From: a virus
DNA length: 64,000 nt
Strand: one strand, 5' to 3'
IMG/VR virus record: IMGVR_UViG_3300042975_000098
In this document: one piece after another, positions 38,862-48,930 of the stretch
Numbering within the stretch: the first letter of the stretch is position 1
Layout of the letters: every line of letters starts with the position of its first letter
Position numbers and translations under genes: made by a program
Notes under the pieces: model-generated
Seen by the model: only the letters and a program-made list of their open reading frames with translations
Database searches by the model: none
What the model was told of the DNA's origin: nothing

Positions 38862-39547
38862 CATACGATGGCTCCGATGTCTTCCGCAAGAACGAGGACA
38901 ACATCGACGACTACACCAGGTTCCAGCAGCGTGACGATGCCGAGGTGGCCCGCATCCTACGCGAGGAGGAGGCCGCGAACCGCGCGAAGGCGGCGGCGGC
39001 ATGGAAGCGCTGGTGCCCGTCAACGTACGCCGACGCGACCATACGGAGCATAGCCGACTTCGACATCACGTCGGCGAGGACGCTGGCCTCGGCGGTGCGC
39101 GCATCCAAGTCGGATGCCCGGCCCCGTGGGATGCTCATCACGTCCGACGCTACATCCGGCGGCAAGACCTGGGCCATGTACGCGTACCTGTCGGCGCTGG
39201 TGAGGAACGGCGTGCTGACGAGACCGCTGGATGAGATCAGAATCACCACGGAATCGGACCTGTTCGACGGCCTGAGGAACTACTCGACCCGCGGCTCCAC
39301 GCTCCGATGGCTGTTCGCCGCAGGCGTCCGGCTCATCGCCGTCGACCCCATTCGCGGGGCAGAGGACAAGACCGGACTCGTATGGCCGCGAATCGTGGAC
39401 AAGGCGATGGCGACCGGCGTGTCGTTCGTGTTCTGCATGAACATCGACCGGAACAAGTTCGCTGGTGATGCGTTCCTCTCCAACGTCGACAAGCTTGTGT
39501 CGGATTCCGACAGCATCAACCTCACTGGCTGGCCGAACCATGGATGA
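38852..39547 (+). CDS. DnaC/IstB-like P-loop protein (divergent helicase-loader candidate)
   Basis: PSTYADAT, GMLITSDATSGGKTW (Walker A-like) and LIAVD; position after dnaB. Confidence 0.55.
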   Translation: MPLTYDGSDVFRKNEDNIDDYTRFQQRDDAEVARILREEEAANRAKAAAAWKRWCPSTYADATIRSIADFDITSARTLASAVRASKSDARPRGMLITSDATSGGKTWAMYAYLSALVRNGVLTRPLDEIRITTESDLFDGLRNYSTRGSTLRWLFAAGVRLIAVDPIRGAEDKTGLVWPRIVDKAMATGVSFVFCMNIDRNKFAGDAFLSNVDKLVSDSDSINLTGWPNHG

Positions 39548-40019
39548 CGTCGATCGCGCCGACGTCATCACCATCGACAGCGTGAACCTTTCCCCCGAGC
39601 TCCCCGCCTACGACGCGCGCGCGAACGCCTACATGGAGTACGTGCTGGCGCGCGCCGCCGACGTCATCATGGTGCACGGGCTACGCGTCGGGTCGACGGT
39701 GCTGGACGCGGCCGGCGCGTACTCGGCGCATGTCGGCGAGGACCATGGCATGGGGTTCGTGAACGCCACGCTCATATCGTCGGCCGGCCGCATCGTGGGC
39801 TCGAAGGCGCTGCAGCTGTCGGCGAGACTGGGCGGCCGCACCGTCATCCTCGCACCGGATTGCCTGGTGGACCAAGTGTACTTCAATCGCCGGCCGGTCC
39901 GGCTGTACAACATGGAGAACGTCGCCGGGCCGTTCTTCGAGGCGCAGCGAACGTTCGTCGTCCGAAACGCTGGCGCGCGACTCGTATCTCACGCATCGCC
40001 GGGCGACCGGGCACGATGA
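39540..40019 (+). CDS. Hypothetical protein
   Basis: Start overlaps the upstream gene end; codon bias as neighbours. Confidence 0.6.
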   Translation: MDDVDRADVITIDSVNLSPELPAYDARANAYMEYVLARAADVIMVHGLRVGSTVLDAAGAYSAHVGEDHGMGFVNATLISSAGRIVGSKALQLSARLGGRTVILAPDCLVDQVYFNRRPVRLYNMENVAGPFFEAQRTFVVRNAGARLVSHASPGDRAR

Positions 40020-40026
40020 TGACCTC

Positions 40027-40383
40027 ATGTACATGGCCGCGGACATGCATGCGCTGCCGGGCGCTGACTCCATGAGACTGCTCACCGGGCTGACCAGCCG
40101 GAAGGGAGTGCCGCCGTCGGCATGGTCGGACGTGTGGGACGAACTGCGTCATGGCGAGCCCGGGTACACGGATCGCGGGCGCGACGTGTTCAACGCGGAC
40201 ATCGTGCTCCCCGCCTACGTCCGTCAGCACAGGCGGTCGTACATGATGGCCTATGGCGATCTGTACGGTCGGGTCGGATCGCCGGTGAGCGTGGACGTCA
40301 TGGGCATGAAGTCCACCGCGAACGACATACCCTTCTCCGGGACGTATGGGCTCACCATGAGCGTGTACGTACCGAGGATATGA
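40027..40383 (+). CDS. Hypothetical protein
   Basis: 118-aa ORF filling the operon gap. Confidence 0.55.
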   Translation: MYMAADMHALPGADSMRLLTGLTSRKGVPPSAWSDVWDELRHGEPGYTDRGRDVFNADIVLPAYVRQHRRSYMMAYGDLYGRVGSPVSVDVMGMKSTANDIPFSGTYGLTMSVYVPRI

Positions 40384-40412
40384 ACATCAGTGAAATCGGA
40401 AAGGAACCGCAT

Positions 40413-41457
40413 ATGTCATCACCTGATCTCCATGATCTGGACGTCACCACCATCGAGGTGCCGTGGTCGAAGGGGAGGCGGGTTCGCGCCCGTTTCCATG
40501 ACCCTCGGCTCCATGGGCTTATGGTGCTCATGGTGGAGGATACCATCCCGTCGGGGGCGAGCGCCGGCGACCCGCTGGCCGCGGATCGTCTGGCGACGAT
40601 GATATGGAGGTTCCCGCGTAAGATCCTCCCCTGAGGTGAACACTCATCGCGTGTTCTCCCGTAACTCCGCATCGAGCCGTGCGCGCTCCATGAAGACGAC
40701 CCTGCGCCAGGTCATGACCGACCCGTACCTGCCGACGTGGACGTTGAACCGTCGCGGCATGACCGGCGAGTACGCCGATGACGGGACCGTCGCCGCCGCC
40801 GACAGGATAGCGCTGGCCGCGCGCGACTCGGCTGTGCTGTCCGTGCTCCGGCTGCTGCTGGGCAATGACCTCCCGGCCGATGCCCGCGCCGCCGACTGGG
40901 AACATTGGATCGACTGGTATAACGAGCACGTCTACAGAGCGGATACGCCGGATGCGGCGGCGCTGAGCATCCACAAGCAGGATGCGAACCGTTATCTGGA
41001 GCCATGGATGTGGCATGAGGCGCTGGTCACCTCATCGTACTGGGGCAACTTCCTCGACCTGCGGATATCCGATGCCGCGGAACCTTCCATCCACGCGCTC
41101 GCCGTGCTCGTGAAGGCCGTGCTGTCGGCCTCGACGCCATCACGGTCGTGGATACATGCTCCGTTCGTGGACGCTCCGGCCGCGATCACGCCGTCATTCG
41201 ATGACGTGCGCCCGCTGGTCATGCGATCGGCCAGCGAGTGCGCTCGCATCTCCTATAGGAACCGCTCCACGCTGGCGAACTCCGATTCCGGCGAACTGGG
41301 CGCGCGGCTTCTCCGCGATCGCCATCTCTCTCCGTTCGAGCATGTGGCGTTCGCGTCCGCCGACCTTCCGGAAGGCTGGGCTCCGGGCTCCCCGGCGTCA
41401 TGGGCATCCAACCTCGACCCGTCATGGCTGCAGCTCCGTCATGTCATCGCCGATTAA
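40413..41457 (+). CDS. thyX: FAD-dependent thymidylate synthase; +1 frameshift at 40628-40631
   Basis: WRFPRKILP joins EVNTHRVFSRNSASSRA if one C is removed; also HKQDANRYLEP, CARISY and HLSPFEH. Alternative start 40380. Confidence 0.85.
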
Positions 41458-41471
41458 GGTATAATGGGTAA

Positions 41472-42710
41472 GTGGATAGCAATGGAAACTTCATACTGGC
41501 GCACATGTCGGACCTTCATCTGGGGTACCAGTCGGGCAGGAGACTGACCGACCGCGGCCTGAACCGCCGTGAGATGGATGGCTATAAGGCGCTCCACGTC
41601 ATGATCGATGACGTGATCGCGGACGGCGAGTCCGATGCCGTCCTTATCGCCGGCGACGTGTTCCACACGCCCTACCCGTCCATCATGTCGATCATGGTGG
41701 CGCAGAGCGAGATACGACGGCTGTCGGATGCGGGGATGCCGGTGTACATACTCACCGGGAACCACGATGTGTCCGACATCCAGTCAGAGCTTGCCGCGAC
41801 CGCGCTGCTGAACGACCCGGCGCGTTCCATATTCGCCCACTGGGAGGATTACGTGCTGCATAGGATCGGCGACGGAATCTACCTCCATATGGTGTCCCAT
41901 CATCTCTACAAGGATCAGGCGAGCACATGGGATAAGGTACGGCCGATTCCGGGGGCCATCAACATCTTCACCACGCACGGCGCGATGATCGACCCGCTCA
42001 CGAAGATGCAGCTCCACACGGAGCGGTCACCGCGCGAGGTCATCATCCCGAACGAGATCGTCATGAACCCGGCGTGGGACTACCGGCTGCTCGGCCACAT
42101 CCACGAGCGCGGTTTCGTCGGCTCGAAGGAGGCCGCCGAGGATGCTGGCAGCCTGCGAACATATTACAACGGCTCGCTCATCCGCCGCGGCTTCGCTGAC
42201 GGCATCACCGATCTCGGTCGCGGCTGGACGAAATGGACCATCACGCCGACAGGCGCGTTCTCCTTCGAGTCCAGGACGATAGCGCAGCGCCCGCAGATCG
42301 ATTTCCCCGTCATCGATGCGAGGACGCTGACGGCCTCGGAGGTCACCGACGTGATCCTTGACAATCTTGATTCGGTAAGGGCGGATGCAAACGTGCGCGC
42401 GGCTCCCATACTACGCCAGAGGGTCACGAACATCACCACGGATAAGAAGCGGGCGATCGACAACAACATGATATCGGATCACGCCTCGTTCGCCCTTGAA
42501 TGGCGTTCCGTGTTCAAGAAGGACGACTCGGATGACGCCGAGCATGAGACCATCGGCGCGCTGACCGGCAAGTCGCTGGACGAGCAGTACTCGAACTGGC
42601 TGGCCGATGCGAGCGCGTACAAGGATCTTCATGACTCCATCCGCGATGAGGTGGCCGATGATACGAAACGGTTCATAGCGATGGGCCAGGACTCGGTATT
42701 GGGGGATTAG
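41472..42710 (+). CDS. sbcD: SbcD/Mre11 nuclease
   Basis: HMSDLHLG, IAGDVFH, TGNHD, LGHIH and YNGS. Confidence 0.9.
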   Translation: MDSNGNFILAHMSDLHLGYQSGRRLTDRGLNRREMDGYKALHVMIDDVIADGESDAVLIAGDVFHTPYPSIMSIMVAQSEIRRLSDAGMPVYILTGNHDVSDIQSELAATALLNDPARSIFAHWEDYVLHRIGDGIYLHMVSHHLYKDQASTWDKVRPIPGAINIFTTHGAMIDPLTKMQLHTERSPREVIIPNEIVMNPAWDYRLLGHIHERGFVGSKEAAEDAGSLRTYYNGSLIRRGFADGITDLGRGWTKWTITPTGAFSFESRTIAQRPQIDFPVIDARTLTASEVTDVILDNLDSVRADANVRAAPILRQRVTNITTDKKRAIDNNMISDHASFALEWRSVFKKDDSDDAEHETIGALTGKSLDEQYSNWLADASAYKDLHDSIRDEVADDTKRFIAMGQDSVLGD

Positions 42711-42711
42711 C

Positions 42712-43491
42712 ATGCGTGATTTGAGGAGAATGCTTGATGTGAGGACCATCGTCATCATGGTGGTGGTGATGGCGATCGCCATCGGTGCGCCGGCGGCGTA
42801 CGTGCTCGGCGTACGCCCATGGCTGGAGCGCCGTGACGCCGCGCGCACCGCGGAGACCTCCATCGTGCCCGTGGGGCACACATGGAGCAAAACCACCGTG
42901 AAGACCGATGACGTGTCGGTGAACCCCACGCAGTACGTGATGTCCAACCATGACAAGCGTTTCTCGTGCTACGGGTTCAAGGGTTCCGACCGCTCGCCCG
43001 ATCATGTCGTCAAGGTCGTGCTGGCGTTCGGCGACGAGAAGAGCCGCGACTGGACGGGGCAGCAGTTCACCACGCTGGCCGGGGCCATGAAGACCGGTCG
43101 CATCGCGGTCGACGTGTGCTACCTGCTGTCATCGGACGCCTATTCGGCGTTGGCGATGGAGGCGCTCGCGGAGATCGATTACAACGATCCGGGGAACACG
43201 TGGTCGGCGATGTCGAAGCTCATGATGGTCGACGCGACCGACCTCGCGACGCAGAAGGCCAGGCTTGGCGCGGTCATGGATGTGGTGAAGTCGATATCGA
43301 ACGCGGACGGGAAGGTCGACATCTCGGAGAGTTCGCTGCGCACGGGGTCGTTCCTCCAATGGTCGCGCGTGATGACGTCCGCGAACCACACCGAGGTCAT
43401 CCCCGCGGTGTTCGCCGACGGGAAGAACATCACCGCGAAGTTCAGGCTGTACGACCCGGATTCGTTCACCGTGACCCTGAATGGCCTGTGA
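42712..43491 (+). CDS. Membrane-anchored thioredoxin-fold (DsbA-like) protein lacking CxxC
   Basis: N-terminal TM; VKVVLAFGDEKSRDW where CxxC is expected; IPAVFADGK cis-Pro-like motif. Confidence 0.5.
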   Translation: MRDLRRMLDVRTIVIMVVVMAIAIGAPAAYVLGVRPWLERRDAARTAETSIVPVGHTWSKTTVKTDDVSVNPTQYVMSNHDKRFSCYGFKGSDRSPDHVVKVVLAFGDEKSRDWTGQQFTTLAGAMKTGRIAVDVCYLLSSDAYSALAMEALAEIDYNDPGNTWSAMSKLMMVDATDLATQKARLGAVMDVVKSISNADGKVDISESSLRTGSFLQWSRVMTSANHTEVIPAVFADGKNITAKFRLYDPDSFTVTLNGL

Positions 43492-43510
43492 CCGATGATA
43501 TTCCCGTGCC

Positions 43511-45034
43511 ATGAACTATCTTTCCAATCTTCTTGATGATCAGAACGAGGAACAGCCGATAGCCAAGGCGCAGGAGTCCGTGGGCGACCTCAATCTGCGG
43601 AAGATCATGTCGCTTCCACCGAGGTTCTTCGATGGCTACTGGGATTACGTCGACGCGTGCGTGACATGGATCTACGGTTCCGTGACGAAGGCGGTATCGC
43701 CGATACTGGCGTCGGGCCGCTCCTCCGGCCACGATTCCGATGAGTACAAGCAGGCGGCCGGCGCGCTGCGATCGTTCGTGATGAGGTACGCGGGGCAGCA
43801 TCCGACAAGGCTTGACGTTGATATCGTATCCCAGATGGTGGAGTATCAGATACTCGGCATGGGCATCATCGAGCCCATATGGCGTGACGAGAACGTGGAG
43901 GAGCTTTTCATCGACGGGCCGAGCCGCGTGAACATCATCTATCATGGCAAGAAGCTCCGCGTGCCCGCGGTCACGTTCAAGAACAAGGATCACGTCTACC
44001 GCGTGGTGTCCAAGGTTCTGGAGGAGACCAACCGTAAGGACCTCGACTTCGGGCAGAACCACCCGTATCTCGACGCGCGCCTAGCCGACCTGTCCCGAGT
44101 CGCCGGCATACACGACACGATATGCCCCGGGGGGCCGGTCGTGGACATACGCCGCCACCCGACCCACTACTGGACGCTATCCGACATCGTGGCCAAGGGG
44201 ACCTGCAGCAGGGAGATGATACAGGACCTGGCCAAATGGATAGAGGCGAAGATGTCCATCCTCGTCATCGGCGAGACCGGCTCCGGCAAGACGACGTTCC
44301 TTGACGCGATCTCCGGGCTGTTCCCCGCATCGGCCAGGATATGGACGATAGAGGACGTTCAGGAGCTGGAGCTGAATCCGAACAAGCCATTCAAGGTGCC
44401 GGGGTGCGAGGTCAAGCTTCCCAACAAGGACGGCGGCAACGGGTTCACCATCAAGGACCACGTGAAGGCATCGCTGCGAATGATGCCGGATATCGTCGTC
44501 ATCGGCGAGACCAGGGACTCGTCCGCGTATGACCTCATGGATGCAGCGAACACCGGTCACCAGGTGTTCTCCACGCTGCACGCGAACAGCGCCGACAGCG
44601 CCATCGACCGTCTTGTGGACCTCATCTCCTCTGGCGGCGACATCAAGGGCCGTGACGCGCTGGGCATGATCGCGTCGGCGTTCGACGTCATCGTCCACAT
44701 CGGGCTCGACAAGCAGGATTACGTTCGCCGCGTCATGGAGATATCCGAGGTCGCGGCGCGTCCCGTGGCCGAGTCGTTCACGACCTCCGCCGGCAAGACG
44801 ATAACGGGCGACGCCACGGTTCCCACCACCGATCTCTGGCAGTTCCAGCAGACCGGGCTGGACGAGCATGGGCACGTCATAGGCGACTGGGTGAAGGTCG
44901 CGGACATCAGTCCGACGCTGGCGCGACGCAAGCGTCTCCCGTTCACCCGCGACTTCACGTGGGATGACTGCGTGGAGCTTGAGGGGTTCAAGGATCGGGA
45001 TACGACCATTCGTCATGGCGTCGGCGACGAGTGA
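43511..45034 (+). CDS. cpaF: CpaF/TadA (VirB11-family) secretion ATPase
   Basis: GETGSGKTT, TIEDVQEL, SLRMMPDIVVIGETR and NTGH...STLHANS. Confidence 0.92.
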   Translation: MNYLSNLLDDQNEEQPIAKAQESVGDLNLRKIMSLPPRFFDGYWDYVDACVTWIYGSVTKAVSPILASGRSSGHDSDEYKQAAGALRSFVMRYAGQHPTRLDVDIVSQMVEYQILGMGIIEPIWRDENVEELFIDGPSRVNIIYHGKKLRVPAVTFKNKDHVYRVVSKVLEETNRKDLDFGQNHPYLDARLADLSRVAGIHDTICPGGPVVDIRRHPTHYWTLSDIVAKGTCSREMIQDLAKWIEAKMSILVIGETGSGKTTFLDAISGLFPASARIWTIEDVQELELNPNKPFKVPGCEVKLPNKDGGNGFTIKDHVKASLRMMPDIVVIGETRDSSAYDLMDAANTGHQVFSTLHANSADSAIDRLVDLISSGGDIKGRDALGMIASAFDVIVHIGLDKQDYVRRVMEISEVAARPVAESFTTSAGKTITGDATVPTTDLWQFQQTGLDEHGHVIGDWVKVADISPTLARRKRLPFTRDFTWDDCVELEGFKDRDTTIRHGVGDE

Positions 45035-45059
45035 CGGCCACTGACGATATTCCGCAGGC

Positions 45060-46034
45060 ATGATGACAACAGTGCTCGCAGGCAACTCGCTACTCATATT
45101 CAAGATAGTCGCGGCGGTGGTCGTAGGCTTTCTCGTCGTGGTGGCGGGTCTTATCGTTCGTAGCTACTATGGCGGCTACAAGGCGAAGATGACCCTTGAG
45201 GATCAGCTTCGGCAGCAGCTTTCGCCGGATTACGATGAGACGGTTCATCTTGACAAGTCGATCCGCATGCGGTGGAACAAGTACTGGGAGAAGGCGCTCA
45301 TCGATTCCGGCGCCAACATATTGTCCGCGAACCGGCAGAACGCCGGCAACATCGTGCTCATCGGCATGGCCGCGATCACCGCGGTGCTCACCGTGCTCTT
45401 CCGCGGGCAGATACTCGGAGCCATCATCATCACGCTGCTGGCGTTGTTCGTCCTGGGCATCGTGCTGTCGTTCATGGCGGACAAGCGCATTGAGACGCTG
45501 ACCAATGAGATACCGCAGTTCATCAGCGGTCTTATCGCCGCCGATCAGACATCGAACTCGCCAAGAGTGGTTCTACAGTCCGGCATCAGGGCCGCTGCGC
45601 CCGAACTCCGCGAGGAGCTTGTGGTCATTGAGAACAAGCTTCATGACGGGGCCGGTCTGAAGGACACCCTTGAGGAGTATGTGAAGACAAGCCCCATATT
45701 CGTGCTCAGGTTCCTGATGATCTGCATCATCCTCGCCTCCGACGCGAACACGAGCATGACGCCGCAGTTGAAGAAGATACAGGAGATCGTGGACGCGCGC
45801 CAGCGTGTGGACCGCGCGCGCAGGCAGGCGGTCGCCAGCATCATGCCTACCATCTGGGTATCCACCATCTTCATTCCGGCGATGTTCCTGTACACGTACA
45901 TTCTGCAGCCGATCGCGAGGGCGTTCTGGTTCCACACGCTGTTCTCATGGCTCATCTTCCTGGTGGTCATCGTGCTGTACTGCTTCGGAATCTGGGTGAG
46001 CAAGCATCTCGTCGATAAAATCAAGAACATGTAG
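45060..46034 (+). CDS. tadB: TadB-like (T2SS F family) membrane protein
   Basis: TM pattern, EIPQFISGL...APELREEL segment and position directly after cpaF. Confidence 0.8.
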   Translation: MMTTVLAGNSLLIFKIVAAVVVGFLVVVAGLIVRSYYGGYKAKMTLEDQLRQQLSPDYDETVHLDKSIRMRWNKYWEKALIDSGANILSANRQNAGNIVLIGMAAITAVLTVLFRGQILGAIIITLLALFVLGIVLSFMADKRIETLTNEIPQFISGLIAADQTSNSPRVVLQSGIRAAAPELREELVVIENKLHDGAGLKDTLEEYVKTSPIFVLRFLMICIILASDANTSMTPQLKKIQEIVDARQRVDRARRQAVASIMPTIWVSTIFIPAMFLYTYILQPIARAFWFHTLFSWLIFLVVIVLYCFGIWVSKHLVDKIKNM

Positions 46035-46043
46035 GCGGCGCTA

Positions 46044-46166
46044 CGTCGATTACGTTCGCACGGCAAGCATTCGCTTATCATATGAGCGTATTTTTCGTAC
46101 GACGTCGAAAAAACGGCGTTTTCGATGACGACATCACGAAAACGCGATCCGGCGTTCTGCGTGGCT
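46044..46166. repeat. Palindromic intergenic repeat, copy B
   Basis: CGTCGATTACG...TGAGCGTATTTTTC...AAAAACGGCGTTTTCGATGA shared with 15326-15448. Confidence 0.85.
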
Positions 46167-46205
46167 CTCACGCGATTCGCCGGGCGCGCGGGAAAGGGTA
46201 GGGCA

Positions 46206-47438
46206 ATGGATTTCAGCGAGCGCTACAAGCGGATGGACCGTTACACGAGGCTTGTCATCGACAGTCTCATCGCCGGCATCAAAGCGCATCAGAGCCAGAT
46301 GCTCGTCGCCAACCCCGGTACCGGTAAATCGGCGCTCGTATACGATCTCGCGAAGAACTTCCTGGGCTATGACGTCATCACCATCGTGGGCAGTCAGAAG
46401 GAGCCCACCGACATCACGGGGTTCCCGAAGACCGTGGGCAAGCCGCTGCCGAACGGCGACACCGTGAGCGTGACCGAGTACGCGATGGCCGAATGGCAGT
46501 TCAGGATACTGCAGACGCCCAAGCTGGTGCTGTTCCTTGATGAGTACTCGAACAGCAAGCCAGATGTTCAGGCGGCGCAGCTGCAGATCATCAACGAGCG
46601 CGTGTTCCCCGACCTGACGCCGGTGCCGAAGCAGACCGTCATCATCGGGGCCATGAACCCCGTGGAGACGGCCGCCGACGGGTACGAGATATCATTGCCG
46701 TCCGCGAACAGGATCAAGTTCATACCATGGGAGCCAAGCTTCACGTCATGGAAGAACGGGCTGCTCGACAACTGGGGGTCGCCCGACGCGATCAGCGCGG
46801 AGGAGATGAAATGGCGCCGGCGCGTGGTGGAGTTCCTCGGCAGGAACCCGGCGCTCGTGTACAAGCTCCCCGATGGCAAGGCGACGGCGAACGCGGGCTC
46901 CGTCTACGGCTTCGGCGGCTCGCCGGCGCAGGCGGACATATACAAGACCGCGTACCCGTCCAACCGCTCGTGGACGAATCTGGCGCGTGAGCTCCAGTAC
47001 TGCGAGCGCGGCGATAAGAAGTACACCTATGATCTCATCGAGCTCTCGGCGCGTGGCATCGTCGGGTATGAGGCCACGCGCAAGTTCATGGACTACCTGA
47101 TAAAATCCGATGACCAGACGCCCGACCTTCCGAACATCCTGCAGGACCCGTCGATCGTCAACTGGGCGGGGATGAACGGGAACACCAGAATCGGTCTGGT
47201 CCGAAGCCTTATGGATTACGTGCTGTCCACCGAGGCGCGCGTCGACCAGAAGAAACGGCTCGCGCTAGGCGTCCGGTTGTTCAGTTATCTTGGCAACCAC
47301 GATCAGGCCGCGCTCGTGGCCGGCTATCTGCAACGGCTCATCCAGGCGCTCGGCAACAACGACATGATCTCGGAGAGCCGGGAGCTTATACGCGTCCCCG
47401 CGTTCAAGGCCATGATGGGCCGGATGAGGGGAAGGTGA
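46206..47438 (+). CDS. MoxR-like AAA+ ATPase
   Basis: ANPGTGKS, EPTDITGFP, LFLDEY, GAMNP, SANR and PSNRSW. Confidence 0.88.
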   Translation: MDFSERYKRMDRYTRLVIDSLIAGIKAHQSQMLVANPGTGKSALVYDLAKNFLGYDVITIVGSQKEPTDITGFPKTVGKPLPNGDTVSVTEYAMAEWQFRILQTPKLVLFLDEYSNSKPDVQAAQLQIINERVFPDLTPVPKQTVIIGAMNPVETAADGYEISLPSANRIKFIPWEPSFTSWKNGLLDNWGSPDAISAEEMKWRRRVVEFLGRNPALVYKLPDGKATANAGSVYGFGGSPAQADIYKTAYPSNRSWTNLARELQYCERGDKKYTYDLIELSARGIVGYEATRKFMDYLIKSDDQTPDLPNILQDPSIVNWAGMNGNTRIGLVRSLMDYVLSTEARVDQKKRLALGVRLFSYLGNHDQAALVAGYLQRLIQALGNNDMISESRELIRVPAFKAMMGRMRGR

Positions 47439-47445
47439 TCGCGCC

Positions 47446-48855
47446 ATGGCTTCGAATCTGACCGACGAGCAGCGCGCGGAATGGTCGGCGGCCGTCGCCG
47501 GCGCGGAGCTCAGCGCCTCGGAACTCAGCGTCGGCCTGGCGTCGATGGTGCCGTTCGCGTCGACCGTTGTTCGCGTGTCGGCCATCGATGAGTACTGGCG
47601 CGTGGCGCTCGGCCCCGGTTTCTGGCGATACCCGGAGCGCGAGCGGGAGGCGATCGTCATCCACGAATGCCTTCACGTGGTGTGCAACCATCACGCCCGC
47701 GCCAGGATAGCGCACCAGTCGGATGCCAAGACATCCAACATGGCGCAGGACCTTGAGATCAACCAGCTTATCACCACGCTGCCAAGGGTCCATCTTCCCG
47801 ATGATGCGCTCATGCCCGGTGAAACGCTGCGCGTCCCCCGGAACCGCACCATGGAGGAGTACTACGGCATTCTGTCCGACGGCGATGGCGATGGGGACGG
47901 CGGTGATGGCGCGGAGTCCAGCGAAGCATCGTCCGGCGCCGGCCCGAAACCGCCAGCGGACGCCGGCGGCGAGTCCGATGACGATTCGCGGTCGGATGCC
48001 GACGGGTCGCAAACGGGCGGCGGCGATGGCGGCCAGCGGGATCGCGGGCAGGGCACCCATGGAGGTCCTGGACCATGTGACGGCGACCGCGGCATGGAGG
48101 TCGAGAACGAGGCCGACGCGATCGGCATAGGGAAGCTTGATGGAACGAACCAGTCGTTCGCCCGCCAGCAGGTGGCCGAGGACACCCGCAAGTCGATGGC
48201 GCATGGCACGGGGTCCATGGATGGCTCCTTCGCCGCGCGGCTGCTTGACGGCATGAAGCCGCCGAGGGTCAACTGGCGCGAGGTGCTCACCCACGCGTAC
48301 TCAAGAGAATACTCGAAGGCCGCGAGGCGCTGTATCGACTATTCCTACAAGCGGGTGAACCGTCGCGGCACGGCGTTCGCCTCCGATCTCGTGTTCCCCG
48401 GACTCGTCGGCAGATCGCCCCGGACCATGGTCGCCGTGGACACCTCCGGCTCCATGGGCGAGAGGGATTACGACGCGATGCTCCGCGAGGTGTCCGCGCT
48501 GCTCAAGGAGGTGTCGCATTCCGAGAAGAACTCGATCGTGTTCTTCTGCGTGGACACGAAGATGAAGGACCCGGACCTGGTGACGGATATCGCCGACATC
48601 GATCTCAAGGGAGGAGGCGGCACCGACATGGCACCGGCGTTCGCCTACGTCAGCGGGCTGTCGCGCTCGAAACGCCCGGACGTGTTCGTGCTGGTGACGG
48701 ATGGCGGGTTCGACTGGAGCCGGTTGGAGAGGTCATGGCCGGCGGGCGTGAAGGTCATCATCGCGTTGACCTCCGACATGTCGCTGGGGTCGATCCCGGC
48801 GTTCGTGAGCGAGAACGCCACCGTGGTCGTCATCGGTGATTCCGCGCGCCGCTGA
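47446..48855 (+). CDS. DUF2201-type putative metallopeptidase with vWA domain
   Basis: HECLH, NMAQDLEIN, VDTSGSM, GGGGTDM and VTDG. Confidence 0.88.
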   Translation: MASNLTDEQRAEWSAAVAGAELSASELSVGLASMVPFASTVVRVSAIDEYWRVALGPGFWRYPEREREAIVIHECLHVVCNHHARARIAHQSDAKTSNMAQDLEINQLITTLPRVHLPDDALMPGETLRVPRNRTMEEYYGILSDGDGDGDGGDGAESSEASSGAGPKPPADAGGESDDDSRSDADGSQTGGGDGGQRDRGQGTHGGPGPCDGDRGMEVENEADAIGIGKLDGTNQSFARQQVAEDTRKSMAHGTGSMDGSFAARLLDGMKPPRVNWREVLTHAYSREYSKAARRCIDYSYKRVNRRGTAFASDLVFPGLVGRSPRTMVAVDTSGSMGERDYDAMLREVSALLKEVSHSEKNSIVFFCVDTKMKDPDLVTDIADIDLKGGGGTDMAPAFAYVSGLSRSKRPDVFVLVTDGGFDWSRLERSWPAGVKVIIALTSDMSLGSIPAFVSENATVVVIGDSARR

Positions 48856-48930
48856 GCGTCTCTCCGTCACCACCATGCGGTATAATAAGGGTGTTAGCGA
48901 AGCGGGCAGATCGCCCGCGGCAGGCAAGGA

